Assembly (NCBI RefSeq): GCF_013002225.1
Contig: NZ_JABDKL010000061.1
Strand: one strand, 5' to 3'
DNA length: 64,000 nucleotides
Source: Winogradskyella sp.
Lineage (GTDB): Bacteria; Bacteroidota; Bacteroidia; Flavobacteriales; Flavobacteriaceae
Below the pieces are notes generated by a model, which worked only from the letters and a program-made list of their open reading frames with translations, did not search any database and was not told where the DNA came from. Below, piece after piece: positions 1 to 8,874 of the stretch; the stretch's first letter is position 1, and each line of letters starts with the position of its first letter. Made by a program: the position numbers and the translations under genes.

Positions 1-219
1 ATTAACCCTACTAAGAAGCGTATTTTGAAAACAGATCTTACTTTCTTCTTTTGCCGTTAAAGAATCACAACTACTAAACGTTGGATAAGCATCTACTTCA
101 TTCCAATTGAAGGTTTTTAATTCTTCTTCGAGTAAGTCATCCGAATAGACTTTTTGCTTTTCAAAATAATCGCAAGATGTTAGAAGCAAAAAAATAATAA
201 TCGAAACAATTCGGCTCAT
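1..219 (-). CDS. hypothetical lipoprotein, N-terminal part only (gene runs off the left edge)
   Basis: Not in the ORF track. ATG at 219-217 on the minus strand opens a frame reading MSRIVSIIIFLLLTSCDYFEKQKVYSDDLLEEELKTFNWNEVDAYPTFSSCDS... with no stop down to position 1. Signal peptide with lipobox-like LLTSC. Confidence 0.5.
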   Translation of the reverse strand, partial: MSRIVSIIIFLLLTSCDYFEKQKVYSDDLLEEELKTFNWNEVDAYPTFSSCDSLTAKEESKICFQNTLLSRVN

Positions 220-318
220 GTAATGCATTTAATATCGAAAAATACAATATTTTTTATATAACTTCTTGTGTTGTAACTTAATTAGAATAAACACGTCATA
301 TATAGAAAATCTGTACAT

Positions 319-816
319 ATGGAAATTGTCCTGGTGTTTTTAGCACTACTCCTAATGATTTTGGGAATTATTGGAAGTTTTTTGCCCGTTTTACCTGGCC
401 CATTAACGAGTTGGGCTGGTCTTCTTGTCTTACATTTTACAGATGGTGTTGCATTGAGCCAAACGTTTTTAATTGTTACTTTATTAGTTGCTGTTTTTAT
501 TTATATTCTAGACTATATAATCCCAGCAATTGGAACCAAACGTTTTGGTGGAAGTAGAATGGGAATGATCGGTACCACTATTGGCTTAATTGTAGGTTTG
601 CTGGCGCCCATACCCTTCGGAATTATTATTGGTCCCTTTATTGGTGCTTTAATTGGTGAAATGCTACATCGAAACGATTTTAACAAAGCATTAAAAGCAG
701 CATTTGGTTCGTTTTTAGGGTTTATAGCGTCCACTTTCTTAAAATTTATTGTCGCTGTAATTTACCTTGGTTTTTTTATCGTCAAATTATCTGAGCATAA
801 TGCGCAGTGGTTCTAA
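319..816 (+). CDS. DUF456-family integral membrane protein
   Basis: 165 aa, four or more hydrophobic helices. N-terminal GSFLPVLPGP motif is typical of DUF456. Confidence 0.7.
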   Translation: MEIVLVFLALLLMILGIIGSFLPVLPGPLTSWAGLLVLHFTDGVALSQTFLIVTLLVAVFIYILDYIIPAIGTKRFGGSRMGMIGTTIGLIVGLLAPIPFGIIIGPFIGALIGEMLHRNDFNKALKAAFGSFLGFIASTFLKFIVAVIYLGFFIVKLSEHNAQWF

Positions 817-851
817 GCATCTTATGTATTAAGGACATAAAAAACCTGCAT

Positions 852-885
852 AAAAAAACCTGGTAGTAAAACTACCAGGTTTATC
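852..885 (+). terminator. rho-independent terminator candidate after the DUF456 gene
   Basis: CCTGGTAGT (859-867) pairs with ACTACCAGG (871-879), flanked by an A-run and a T-rich tail. Confidence 0.55.
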
Positions 886-986
886 TTCTTGCTATTAACT
901 CAACAATTACTTAAATAGGGATTAATTAATTCTTGTTGACTTGCGGTAAATATAAGTAAGTAGATACATCTTTTGTTGTGGTAAAA

Positions 987-1003
987 CCGCAGACTTAATG
1001 CGG
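987..1003 (-). terminator. weak terminator candidate downstream of the HK/LuxR-RR operon
   Basis: CCGCA/TGCGG 5-bp stem, followed on the minus strand by TTTTA. Short stem, so low confidence. Confidence 0.3.
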
Positions 1004-1083
1004 AAAAACCGTAATTTTTAACATTGACGGTGTATAGAAGCTGTTTTGAGTCTTATAAATTGAGTGCTATTTTAGCCATTTTT

Positions 1084-1752
1084 TTATAAATACCCTTTTT
1101 CTCGAGCTTCATGAAGAAGTGATTCGTCCTTACCATCAGACACAGAAAAGATTAACTTAAGTTGCTTTTTACGTTTTTCTAGCGCGCTAGTAGATAACGG
1201 TATATGCTCATTTAGACTTTTAGTTTTTACACCCTGTGACAATAAATGTAGAATTTTGCGATTAACATCATCTACATAAATCTCGCTTGTAATTGTCTTT
1301 TTAACGTAATTATTAACTGTGCTGCTATAATATGGTGGCGAATTTAAAATTTGCTGAAAAGCATCGGCCAATTCCATAGAGGTCAGATCACTTTTAATTA
1401 AAAAACCATCCGGATTAATTTCTTTTATAATATTATGAATTCTAAAAGATTCATTAAACATGGTAAGTATAATTATTTTAGCATTGGGTAACACGCGTTT
1501 TGCCAGAAGTGCCAAATCTTCTCCACTAGCAAATTTACCATCTTCGGAGGCCGGTAAACTAATATCAAAAAAGCACACATCGTAGGGTGTATCTTTTGAA
1601 GCTCTATTAATCATTAACTGAGCAGTATCACAATTATTTGCCGTGTCAATTAATAAGGTTTGATCGTCTTCCTTAGTAGCCATTAATACATTTTGGTAGC
1701 CTTCGATGATAATAGGGTGATCATCTACCATTAAAATATTAATATGTTTCAT
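1084..1752 (-). CDS. two-component response regulator, NarL/FixJ (LuxR HTH) family
   Basis: N-terminal receiver (ILMVDDHP..., FFDISLP) and C-terminal LuxR-type HTH region. 4-nt ATGA overlap with the upstream kinase gene. Confidence 0.85.
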   Translation of the reverse strand: MKHINILMVDDHPIIIEGYQNVLMATKEDDQTLLIDTANNCDTAQLMINRASKDTPYDVCFFDISLPASEDGKFASGEDLALLAKRVLPNAKIIILTMFNESFRIHNIIKEINPDGFLIKSDLTSMELADAFQQILNSPPYYSSTVNNYVKKTITSEIYVDDVNRKILHLLSQGVKTKSLNEHIPLSTSALEKRKKQLKLIFSVSDGKDESLLHEAREKGYL

Positions 1753-3779
1753 TCGGGTTGGTTTGTATAAGGTATTCTAACTTTTACAATAGTTCCATTA
1801 CCAGATTGAGATGAAAAGGAAATTTCTCCATTAACATCCTGAACACGCGAGGACATATTTTTTAAACCAATACCCTTTTTACTTTTGGTAGTATCAAATC
1901 CATCTCCGTCGTCGATAATGTCTAAGCAAATTACATCATTTTCTAAAGAAATGCTAATTTTAATGGTTTTGGCATTGGCATGCTTATATATATTTTGAAG
2001 GGACTCTTGAATAATCCTATAGATGTTAATTTTTGTTTTGTTAGAAACCAAATCCCAACTTACATCGTCTGTATAAATAAACTCTGATTTTAAACCATAG
2101 GCTATAGATTGGCTATCAATAAGTTCTGATACAATATTCATAAAACCTGTCCCAGAAACAAAATCTGTATTTAACTCATGAGAAATTTTACGTATGTCTT
2201 CCTCGATCAGTTTAAGTTGACTTATGTAATTTGCTCTTGTAAGCATAGCCTCCTTGCCGTCCTTAAAATTTATACTATCAAGACTCAGGCGCGTCCCAAA
2301 GAGACGACCTAAAACGCCATCGTGCAATTCTTCAGAAATTCTAGTTTTTTCTTTAGCTCTGGCTTCATCCACTCTATTTTGCTGGCCCAACATAAGATTG
2401 TAAATCTCCTCATTAGCTTCTTGCTGTAACTGGATAAGTTTTAATTTTCTGTTTTTTGCGCGTTGAGAAATTATGGCATAAATAAGAGCTGCTGTTAGCA
2501 ACAAACCGATTAAAAGAATAACTAAATAAAGATTTTCCTTAGATATCTGCTCATTTTCTGCTTCGAGCTGATCAGTCTCGAACTCAATGCGAGCATATTT
2601 ATTTCTAACGCTTCGTTCTACCCTAAGCAGACTATCTGTAAGTTTGATATGCTCTTGGAGAAAGGCTTTGCCTTTTTCTCCTTCAGTAACCTCAGATAAG
2701 ATTAAGAGTGCCTCTTGTTTTACTTCATTTGCAAATACGTCGTAAGAAATCTTAAGCGCTTCATTTGCGTACTTAGTTACTGAATCTTTCTGAGGAACTT
2801 TTTTATACAGTTTGGAAAGATGTAAGGCCACATTCATTCTTAAAACATCATCCTTGAGCTTATGGGTTAATTTGTAAGACTCTCTTAGCTTATTTTTTAC
2901 TGTATTAAAATCAAAGTTTCCAGATTCTAATTCAGTAGCCGCAATGTTTGTTAATATTGTTGGATAAAAGGAAGGGTCAACCTCTTCATATTTTGTTCTT
3001 AAGGCTAAAAGACTCCTATAGATGTCCTTAGCTTTATCAAAATCCTCAAGTTGTCGATAAACATAGGCTTTATTGTTGAGCGAATAGACTTCATTAACAA
3101 ATCCATCATTAATTTTTTTTGCATATGAATTTGACTGCTCATAATACTCCAAAGCTTTTTTATAGTTGCCTGACTCCCTAGAAATTATACCCATTAAATT
3201 GTAGGCATTCCATAATTTATCTAAACGATTTTGTGTTTCTGGTAGTCTATTTAAAATTATGATAGAGTTGATAGCTGCTTCTTCAGCTCCAGCATAAATT
3301 TTCTCTATTTGCAATATATCTGCCAAATAGAGAAACGCTGTTGCTTTTGACTCTGAAATCTCACTTGCAGGATAATATTTTAGTGCCTGAGAATAATAAT
3401 AATATGAACTATCATTTTGCTCATAATATCTATACATAGAGCCTAAGTTAGAACCAGCTACAGTTATGGCTGAAGAATCTTTGATTAATCTGGCAAGCTC
3501 GAAATTATCTCTATTTAATGCAATGTATTCATCATACATTTCAGACTCAAAATAGCGCACAGATAAATTTCTATTAGCCATAAGAATAATAGAATCTTGA
3601 TTTATTTGTCTAGCAATTTTGCTTGAAGTAAGAGCAAATTCTAACCTTTTATCAATTGAATAATTCTCTTCGTTTGATTTAACAATTAGACTATTGATTG
3701 AATCTAGTAAACTATTTTGAGCATTTACTGTTGATAAAAGTAGATGCAACATAAGGAATGCAAAAAATAGATTTCTCAT
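1749..3779 (-). CDS. sensor histidine kinase with N-terminal signal peptide, TPR-like repeats, one TM helix, and HisKA_3 + HATPase_c
   Basis: Repeated Y/A-rich TPR-like segments. TM helix LYLVILLIGLLLTAALIYAI. H-box ELHDGVLGRL. ATPase G-boxes DDGDGFD and GIGLKNM. Confidence 0.85.
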   Translation of the reverse strand: MRNLFFAFLMLHLLLSTVNAQNSLLDSINSLIVKSNEENYSIDKRLEFALTSSKIARQINQDSIILMANRNLSVRYFESEMYDEYIALNRDNFELARLIKDSSAITVAGSNLGSMYRYYEQNDSSYYYYSQALKYYPASEISESKATAFLYLADILQIEKIYAGAEEAAINSIIILNRLPETQNRLDKLWNAYNLMGIISRESGNYKKALEYYEQSNSYAKKINDGFVNEVYSLNNKAYVYRQLEDFDKAKDIYRSLLALRTKYEEVDPSFYPTILTNIAATELESGNFDFNTVKNKLRESYKLTHKLKDDVLRMNVALHLSKLYKKVPQKDSVTKYANEALKISYDVFANEVKQEALLILSEVTEGEKGKAFLQEHIKLTDSLLRVERSVRNKYARIEFETDQLEAENEQISKENLYLVILLIGLLLTAALIYAIISQRAKNRKLKLIQLQQEANEEIYNLMLGQQNRVDEARAKEKTRISEELHDGVLGRLFGTRLSLDSINFKDGKEAMLTRANYISQLKLIEEDIRKISHELNTDFVSGTGFMNIVSELIDSQSIAYGLKSEFIYTDDVSWDLVSNKTKINIYRIIQESLQNIYKHANAKTIKISISLENDVICLDIIDDGDGFDTTKSKKGIGLKNMSSRVQDVNGEISFSSQSGNGTIVKVRIPYTNQPE

Positions 3780-3839
3780 TAAAGGTTGACAATTTATATC
3801 AAAAATAGGTTAAAATTTGAGAATTAAAATTTGCTAAAC

Positions 3840-3870
3840 AAAAAAAGCCCTCATCTTAAAGTGAAGGCTT
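3840..3870 (-). terminator. terminator candidate after the small secreted peptide gene
   Basis: Imperfect hairpin AGCCCTCA...TGAAGGCT, followed on the minus strand by a 7-T run. Confidence 0.45.
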
Positions 3871-3893
3871 AAAATTATATAATAGAGGTAAGT

Positions 3894-4064
3894 CTATCCC
3901 TGAGTTTCTAATTTCAATTTCTTTTTGTCAATAGCGACTAAATTAGTTGGATTATATTCTTTAAAAGTTGGCTCATTTTCATTTACAACATTGTCTGATT
4001 GTACACCAGATACAGTTAAGAATAGTACTGCAACTAACATTAAAGTAATTTTTAGAGTTTTCAT
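3894..4064 (-). CDS. small secreted peptide precursor (56 aa), unknown function
   Basis: The track ORF is 3894..4136. The internal ATG at 4064 gives MKTLKITLMLVAVLFLTVSGVQS, a classical Sec signal, followed by a charged mature part of about 33 aa. The first 24 codons of the track ORF look non-coding. Confidence 0.4.
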   Translation of the reverse strand: MKTLKITLMLVAVLFLTVSGVQSDNVVNENEPTFKEYNPTNLVAIDKKKLKLETQG

Positions 4065-4298
4065 AAGTATCAATTTAGAGTTTAACAAATTTTTGTTTTG
4101 ATTAATTGTAACGATTGTCGCTACATTGAGGGACAATGTTGGTCAATTAATTTGTATTAGGATAAACCTAAAATTGTACTAAAAAAACGAGGGCTGTTTT
4201 AAAGACAAAATTTGTCTTTAGGCAATGAATTAAAAAATCGAATTTAAATCGAGAGGGATACCGAATATAGGCAGAATCACCTAACCCAAACAATATTA

Positions 4299-4377
4299 TC
4301 GTTGAAATGACATATTTCATCGACAAAATACATATTCAAAATGCTTTCATCGATGAAATACACCTGTTAAACCTGTT
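4299..4377. promoter_or_regulatory. cluster of operator-like palindromes and direct repeats
   Basis: TCGTTGAAAT-gacat-ATTTCATCGA (4299-4323). Perfect 14-bp palindrome TTTCATCGATGAAA (4345-4358). A 19-mer TTTCATCGAnnAAATACAn occurs at 4315 and 4345, 30 bp apart. ACCTGTT is repeated at 4362 and 4371. Confidence 0.4.
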
Positions 4378-4453
4378 TTTACTGTCACATTTTACTTGTT
4401 ATGAGTCACAAATATCAGTGCCAGAATGTAAACTTTAAGTCTTTTTAAGACGC

Positions 4454-5911
4454 TTAATTTAGGATTAAGTTAAGCGAAAAAACAGTTATTGATGTGGTAC
4501 CAGTACCTGTTAAACGCTGCCCCCAAATTTCTATATAATCATTTGGTGCCAATTCAACAGTTCCGTTAATACAATTACTGGAAATATCGGATGTATCGTT
4601 AACTCGCATTAATGTATTAGTTTCTGTTAGTAAGGTAGTGCCATTTTTTTTAATAAAAAATGCATAAAAATCGCCTACGCCAGAATTACCTCTTACCGAT
4701 AATGCAGCATTAACTTGGAAGGTTCTTGTTTTTTTACCAAGATAAGTAATACGATTATCCTGAGGAGATGAAGTTCTTAAGGAATTAACCAATGTTGTTG
4801 AATTGGCATTACTGTTACCTCTAAGATTTATTGGGCTTCCATTTGTAAAATCCTGAATAAAACCAGATGTAATAGTTCCATCATAATAAATATTACCTGT
4901 ACTTACCTCATCTGCCTCAACAGGTATTCCTGGACAATTTACAGTCCACGAGTTGGTGAAATTATAGTTTGGAAATGTATTTGTAGTATAAGGATTTACA
5001 TATTGTGTTGCTGTTCCATTAAAACTAACACCAGTTAACACTGCCGTAGAAACGGTAGGATTACTGCTAACATCAATCCCCACATTAGCCCCACTAACCG
5101 ACATAAACCCACCTTGTTTTTGAATAAACTTAAAGGTACCTGTATAAGTTTCATAACTACCACTATTGGAATCCTGCCAACCTATATTACTCAGTAATAG
5201 ATCTGTAATACTGTTAAACGTAATACCGCTTGTGTTATTTACATATTGCAACACCGAAAAATAAATTAAGTTAAAATTAGCAATAGTACCAATGTCATTA
5301 GAATTAACAACATTTGCGTCTTTAAACACAAGGTTTTCTGCACTTGTTCCGTTTAAATTAAATATCGTTCCTCCTGGTGCAGTCACCGTTATATTTTTAA
5401 TTACGCCACCTTTACTACCTTCGAACATTGTTCCTCCAACTTTTACTAAAATATCGTCCGAGGAATCAATACCTGTAATATAGGCATCGTTAATATCTAT
5501 GGGGTAGGCTAGACTTATGGTACCATTGATTTCATATACCACATCTGACGTTAGCAAGTATTTAGAACCACCTCCCGCAGTCAGTTCTTCGCTTAGATCT
5601 GCAACAGATTTAATAAGCTTATAATTCTCTCTTAAACTAGCGTCTACCTCTAACCAACCTGTAGATTTATAAAAATAAAAACCACTTAATGTTGTATCAT
5701 AAACTAACAATCCTTCTGCCGGACTAACTATGGCATTACGTTGTGTTGTAGTCATCCTTGGTGTTAACAATCCGCTTTCTGTAGAACTTATATCTAGGAT
5801 TGCAGAAGCATCAGGTATTGTAGTTCCAATACCAACCTGCGCGTAGGTAAATAATCCCAATAATAATATGACGAGACAGTTAATTTGTTTTTTTGTTTGT
5901 AGATTATTCAT
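4454..5911 (-). CDS. secreted protein of unknown function; N-terminal motif conserved in Bacteroidota surface or tail-fibre-like proteins, N/T/S/G-rich beta-rich core
   Basis: Signal peptide CLVILLLGLFTYAQ, then VGIGTTIPDASAILDISSTESGLLTPRMTTTQRNAI..PAEGLLVYDT. 485 aa with very few charged residues. No recognisable T9SS C-terminal domain. Confidence 0.65.
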   Translation of the reverse strand: MNNLQTKKQINCLVILLLGLFTYAQVGIGTTIPDASAILDISSTESGLLTPRMTTTQRNAIVSPAEGLLVYDTTLSGFYFYKSTGWLEVDASLRENYKLIKSVADLSEELTAGGGSKYLLTSDVVYEINGTISLAYPIDINDAYITGIDSSDDILVKVGGTMFEGSKGGVIKNITVTAPGGTIFNLNGTSAENLVFKDANVVNSNDIGTIANFNLIYFSVLQYVNNTSGITFNSITDLLLSNIGWQDSNSGSYETYTGTFKFIQKQGGFMSVSGANVGIDVSSNPTVSTAVLTGVSFNGTATQYVNPYTTNTFPNYNFTNSWTVNCPGIPVEADEVSTGNIYYDGTITSGFIQDFTNGSPINLRGNSNANSTTLVNSLRTSSPQDNRITYLGKKTRTFQVNAALSVRGNSGVGDFYAFFIKKNGTTLLTETNTLMRVNDTSDISSNCINGTVELAPNDYIEIWGQRLTGTGTTSITVFSLNLILN

Positions 5912-6011
5912 GATATGTAAAGGTTTGGTTGTATGTTAATTTATTAATTTGTGCATTAGGCTTTAACCAGTGCTGCTTAAGGGTAAATGAGGCTTTTAGT
6001 TTTTAAAGTTT

Positions 6012-6473
6012 TTAGAACAAAACAGGAACGAAGCTAAATGGCTGTACGCCTCTAGAACCTCTACTACTGGAATGTTTCTTTACCAGCTTTTCTATTTTCT
6101 CTTTTGTTAAGGGCTTATCTATGTAACCAGAGCAATACGCTTCTTTTTCCGCTCTTTGAATATCTTCCAGGTATAATGAAGAGGTGAGCATTATAATTTT
6201 TACATCTTTAGCTTTTGGTAGATTTAGGGCTTTATATTCTTCAATAAATTGAAATCCATCAATTTGTGGCATATTAATATCCAGTAAAATGACATCTGGC
6301 ATCACAATAGTCTCAGAGTTATGTTTTAAAGGACATATCTTAAGGTAGTTGAGTGCTGAAGTGGCGCTATTAAATGTCCTCACATTGATCTCTGAGTCGT
6401 ATTTCTCAATTATCTTTTGACTGACAAATAGATCTATTTTATTGTCATCGATTATAATGATGTTTTTAACCAT
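6012..6473 (-). CDS. stand-alone receiver (CheY-like) response regulator
   Basis: IIIIDDNKID..., DVILLDINMP, MLTSS and DKPL receiver signatures. No output domain. 6 nt downstream of the kinase gene. Confidence 0.85.
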   Translation of the reverse strand: MVKNIIIIDDNKIDLFVSQKIIEKYDSEINVRTFNSATSALNYLKICPLKHNSETIVMPDVILLDINMPQIDGFQFIEEYKALNLPKAKDVKIIMLTSSLYLEDIQRAEKEAYCSGYIDKPLTKEKIEKLVKKHSSSRGSRGVQPFSFVPVLF

Positions 6474-6479
6474 AATTAA

Positions 6480-8327
6480 TTATTTTAGATTGGGGATTTC
6501 TATTCTAAATGTTGTACCTATATTAAGTTCACTCTCTACATTTATGTGTCCAGAGAGATCATCTACAATACACTTTACGATATACAAGCCTAAGGCGCTT
6601 CCTTGAACTCCTTCGTTATTTACTCTGTAATACAGGTCAAATATTCTTTCTAAGTTTTCGTCACTAATACCTCTGCCATTATCCTTTATAAGAATATCTA
6701 AACTTTGGTGAGATTGAGATACATCTATAGTTATAGTAGGCAAATGAGATGCCTCTAACGGTTTACAGTAGTAAATTGCATTTTGGATAAGATTTTGAAG
6801 CATAGAATTGAACAAATCCTTATTTGAATAAAACCGAATATCCTCATTAACATTGATACAAAATTTAATCTCTTCAAAATTCTCTAGCGAGCTAAGTGCC
6901 TGTAATGTTTTATCTACTTCTTTATTAATATTAATAGAAGACACTTGGCACTTCTTTTGAGATATTACAGACGCAAACGATAAGTTATCTAACAAGAGTT
7001 TTCCTCTGTTTAAACTCACATCTAACATCTCTATAATATTTGAAATATGTTCCTGTTTATTCTCGTGTTTTATTAGATTTATTAAACCTTCTATGGTTGT
7101 TAAAGGCGCCTTAAGGTCGTGAGCTGCACGGTATAAAAACTGCTCTAGGTCTTCTGTTTTTTGCTGTAATTTATTTTCTAACGATTTTCTGTTAGATATA
7201 TCTAACATAATCGCAGAAAAATATCTGTCTTTACCACAATACCAGCTACTAACTGCAAACTCAACCGGAAACTTTTCTCCATTTTTTCGAACGCCTACCA
7301 TTTCTAGCGTATCGCCCTGAGCGCAATCTTCCAAATGGTCTTTTAGATACAGCAATTGTTGTATGCTTGTTTCCATATGTTCTTCTGCTATCAGCAGAGT
7401 CAATGACTGACCTAAAACCTCTTTTTCTGAATAACCAAAAGCTGATTCAGCACCTTGATTCCATTCTGAAATATTACCATTACTATCTGCTACAACGATA
7501 ATTCCAACGTTTATCGATTGGAAAATAGTACTGTATTTAGCTTCAATAGCTTTTAACTCACTAACAACTTTTATATCCTCTGTTCGTCGTTCTGTTGTTA
7601 CTTTTGCAAAGACAACTTCATTATAATTATTAAAAACAGGCTCAATTTCAGAAAAGTAAAGTGCCTTTTCTTTTTCAGATGCCTGAGAGGCAAACCTAAA
7701 CCCATTAATAGTCTGTAAATTAAAAACCTCTTTTATCTTAGACTTAACAGCAAAATGATACTCTTGTTCTATATAATCATAGATGTAAGAACCAACGATT
7801 TCATCAAATTCTACTTGTCTATATTCATTAAACGCTCTTAATATTTTACCGCGTTCATTGAGACTTAGAACAAGTTGAGGGAATTTTTTAACAATGGCTT
7901 TTTTACAGGTATCTAGTTCTTCCACTAAATGATCCTGGTGGTAATAATTAGTTATATCATTATAGAATGAAATATACTTTTCTATTGTTCCTTTTTTATT
8001 TTTTACAGGAACAACAGTAGTCTGTAACCAGTACTTATTAGACTTAGAAACATTATAAGGAAGTACTCCCGTCCAAACCTCACCATTTGTAATGGTGCCC
8101 CATAAATTCTTATATAAAGAATCTGAATGTAAGCGTGATTTTAGAATGGAACTTGTTTCCCCTATAATATTGTGCTTATTAACCCCTAATATTTTACAAT
8201 ACCCTTCGTTGACATCTTTAATCCGCTCGAAAGTATCTATAACAGCTACATTATGATGCGCATTAACAGCATCGTAAACTTGAGCTTTTTGATCAATATC
8301 AATATTTTTTAACTGTAGTGATTGCAT
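6480..8327 (-). CDS. cytoplasmic multi-PAS sensor histidine kinase
   Basis: No TM helix. PAS-like segments. H-box FLYRAAHDLKAPLTTI. ATPase boxes NLIQNAIYY, DNGRGIS and GSALGLYIV. Confidence 0.85.
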   Translation of the reverse strand: MQSLQLKNIDIDQKAQVYDAVNAHHNVAVIDTFERIKDVNEGYCKILGVNKHNIIGETSSILKSRLHSDSLYKNLWGTITNGEVWTGVLPYNVSKSNKYWLQTTVVPVKNKKGTIEKYISFYNDITNYYHQDHLVEELDTCKKAIVKKFPQLVLSLNERGKILRAFNEYRQVEFDEIVGSYIYDYIEQEYHFAVKSKIKEVFNLQTINGFRFASQASEKEKALYFSEIEPVFNNYNEVVFAKVTTERRTEDIKVVSELKAIEAKYSTIFQSINVGIIVVADSNGNISEWNQGAESAFGYSEKEVLGQSLTLLIAEEHMETSIQQLLYLKDHLEDCAQGDTLEMVGVRKNGEKFPVEFAVSSWYCGKDRYFSAIMLDISNRKSLENKLQQKTEDLEQFLYRAAHDLKAPLTTIEGLINLIKHENKQEHISNIIEMLDVSLNRGKLLLDNLSFASVISQKKCQVSSININKEVDKTLQALSSLENFEEIKFCINVNEDIRFYSNKDLFNSMLQNLIQNAIYYCKPLEASHLPTITIDVSQSHQSLDILIKDNGRGISDENLERIFDLYYRVNNEGVQGSALGLYIVKCIVDDLSGHINVESELNIGTTFRIEIPNLK

Positions 8328-8734
8328 TACAAATCATCTTTATAGGTTAAACAATACTGTTTAGCAGTCTCAAAATCTTTAAAGATTCTGTATGGCGTTT
8401 CTGATTCATATATTCTCTTGTAGGAGTGAACTAATAGTGTTGTGTTTATTGAATTAGATACGAACGCCTCACATAATCTTATCTTATTTAAAGCAGGGCT
8501 GTCTGCTAATAATTTTGCAATTTCTGTAGAAAATGTTCCCAAAGTAGATTGCATGTCTATTATAAAAGGAATAGGCTTACCCTCCGAAAGCGTATAGATG
8601 GCATCTACATATTGGCTCAGTCTCTCTTTTGCATTTAACTTAATAGCCTTAGTATTTAAGATCTGGCAGAATAAGATACCGTGTTCTGTCCAAAACTTAA
8701 CGGTATCAAATTCAATTAGCAATGTGTTATTCAT
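8327..8734 (-). CDS. 135-aa protein of unknown function, first gene of the sigma54-driven operon (possibly a STAS/SpoIIAA-like fold)
   Basis: Its TAA stop overlaps the kinase ATG by 1 nt (TAATG). Alternating beta/alpha pattern. No catalytic motifs recognised. The fold assignment is a guess. Confidence 0.6.
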   Translation of the reverse strand: MNNTLLIEFDTVKFWTEHGILFCQILNTKAIKLNAKERLSQYVDAIYTLSEGKPIPFIIDMQSTLGTFSTEIAKLLADSPALNKIRLCEAFVSNSINTTLLVHSYKRIYESETPYRIFKDFETAKQYCLTYKDDL

Positions 8735-8768
8735 AGATTAAAAATGTATTTCAACGATAAGATTAATG

Positions 8769-8783
8769 GCAAGCCCTGTGCCA
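8769..8783 (-). promoter_or_regulatory. sigma54 (-24/-12) promoter
   Basis: Minus strand reads TGGCAC AGGGC TTGC with exact GG-N10-GC spacing. The TTGC lies 35 nt upstream of the ATG at 8734, and the adjacent upstream gene encodes a sigma54 activator. Confidence 0.8.
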
Positions 8784-8874
8784 CAACTTCAAAAAATGAA
8801 AAAATAAATTTCTAAAAGCCTGAATATCATACACTTAAATTGGAGTGCTGAATTTTTGTTGAATTTGATAATAA

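Noticed and set aside
4396-4422. Sigma54-like sequence on the minus strand (CTGGCACTGATATTTGT).
   Set aside because: The -24 TGGCAC is present, but the -12 position reads TTTG/TTGT instead of the near-invariant GC at GG-N10-GC spacing. It also lies about 260-330 nt from the next start codon.
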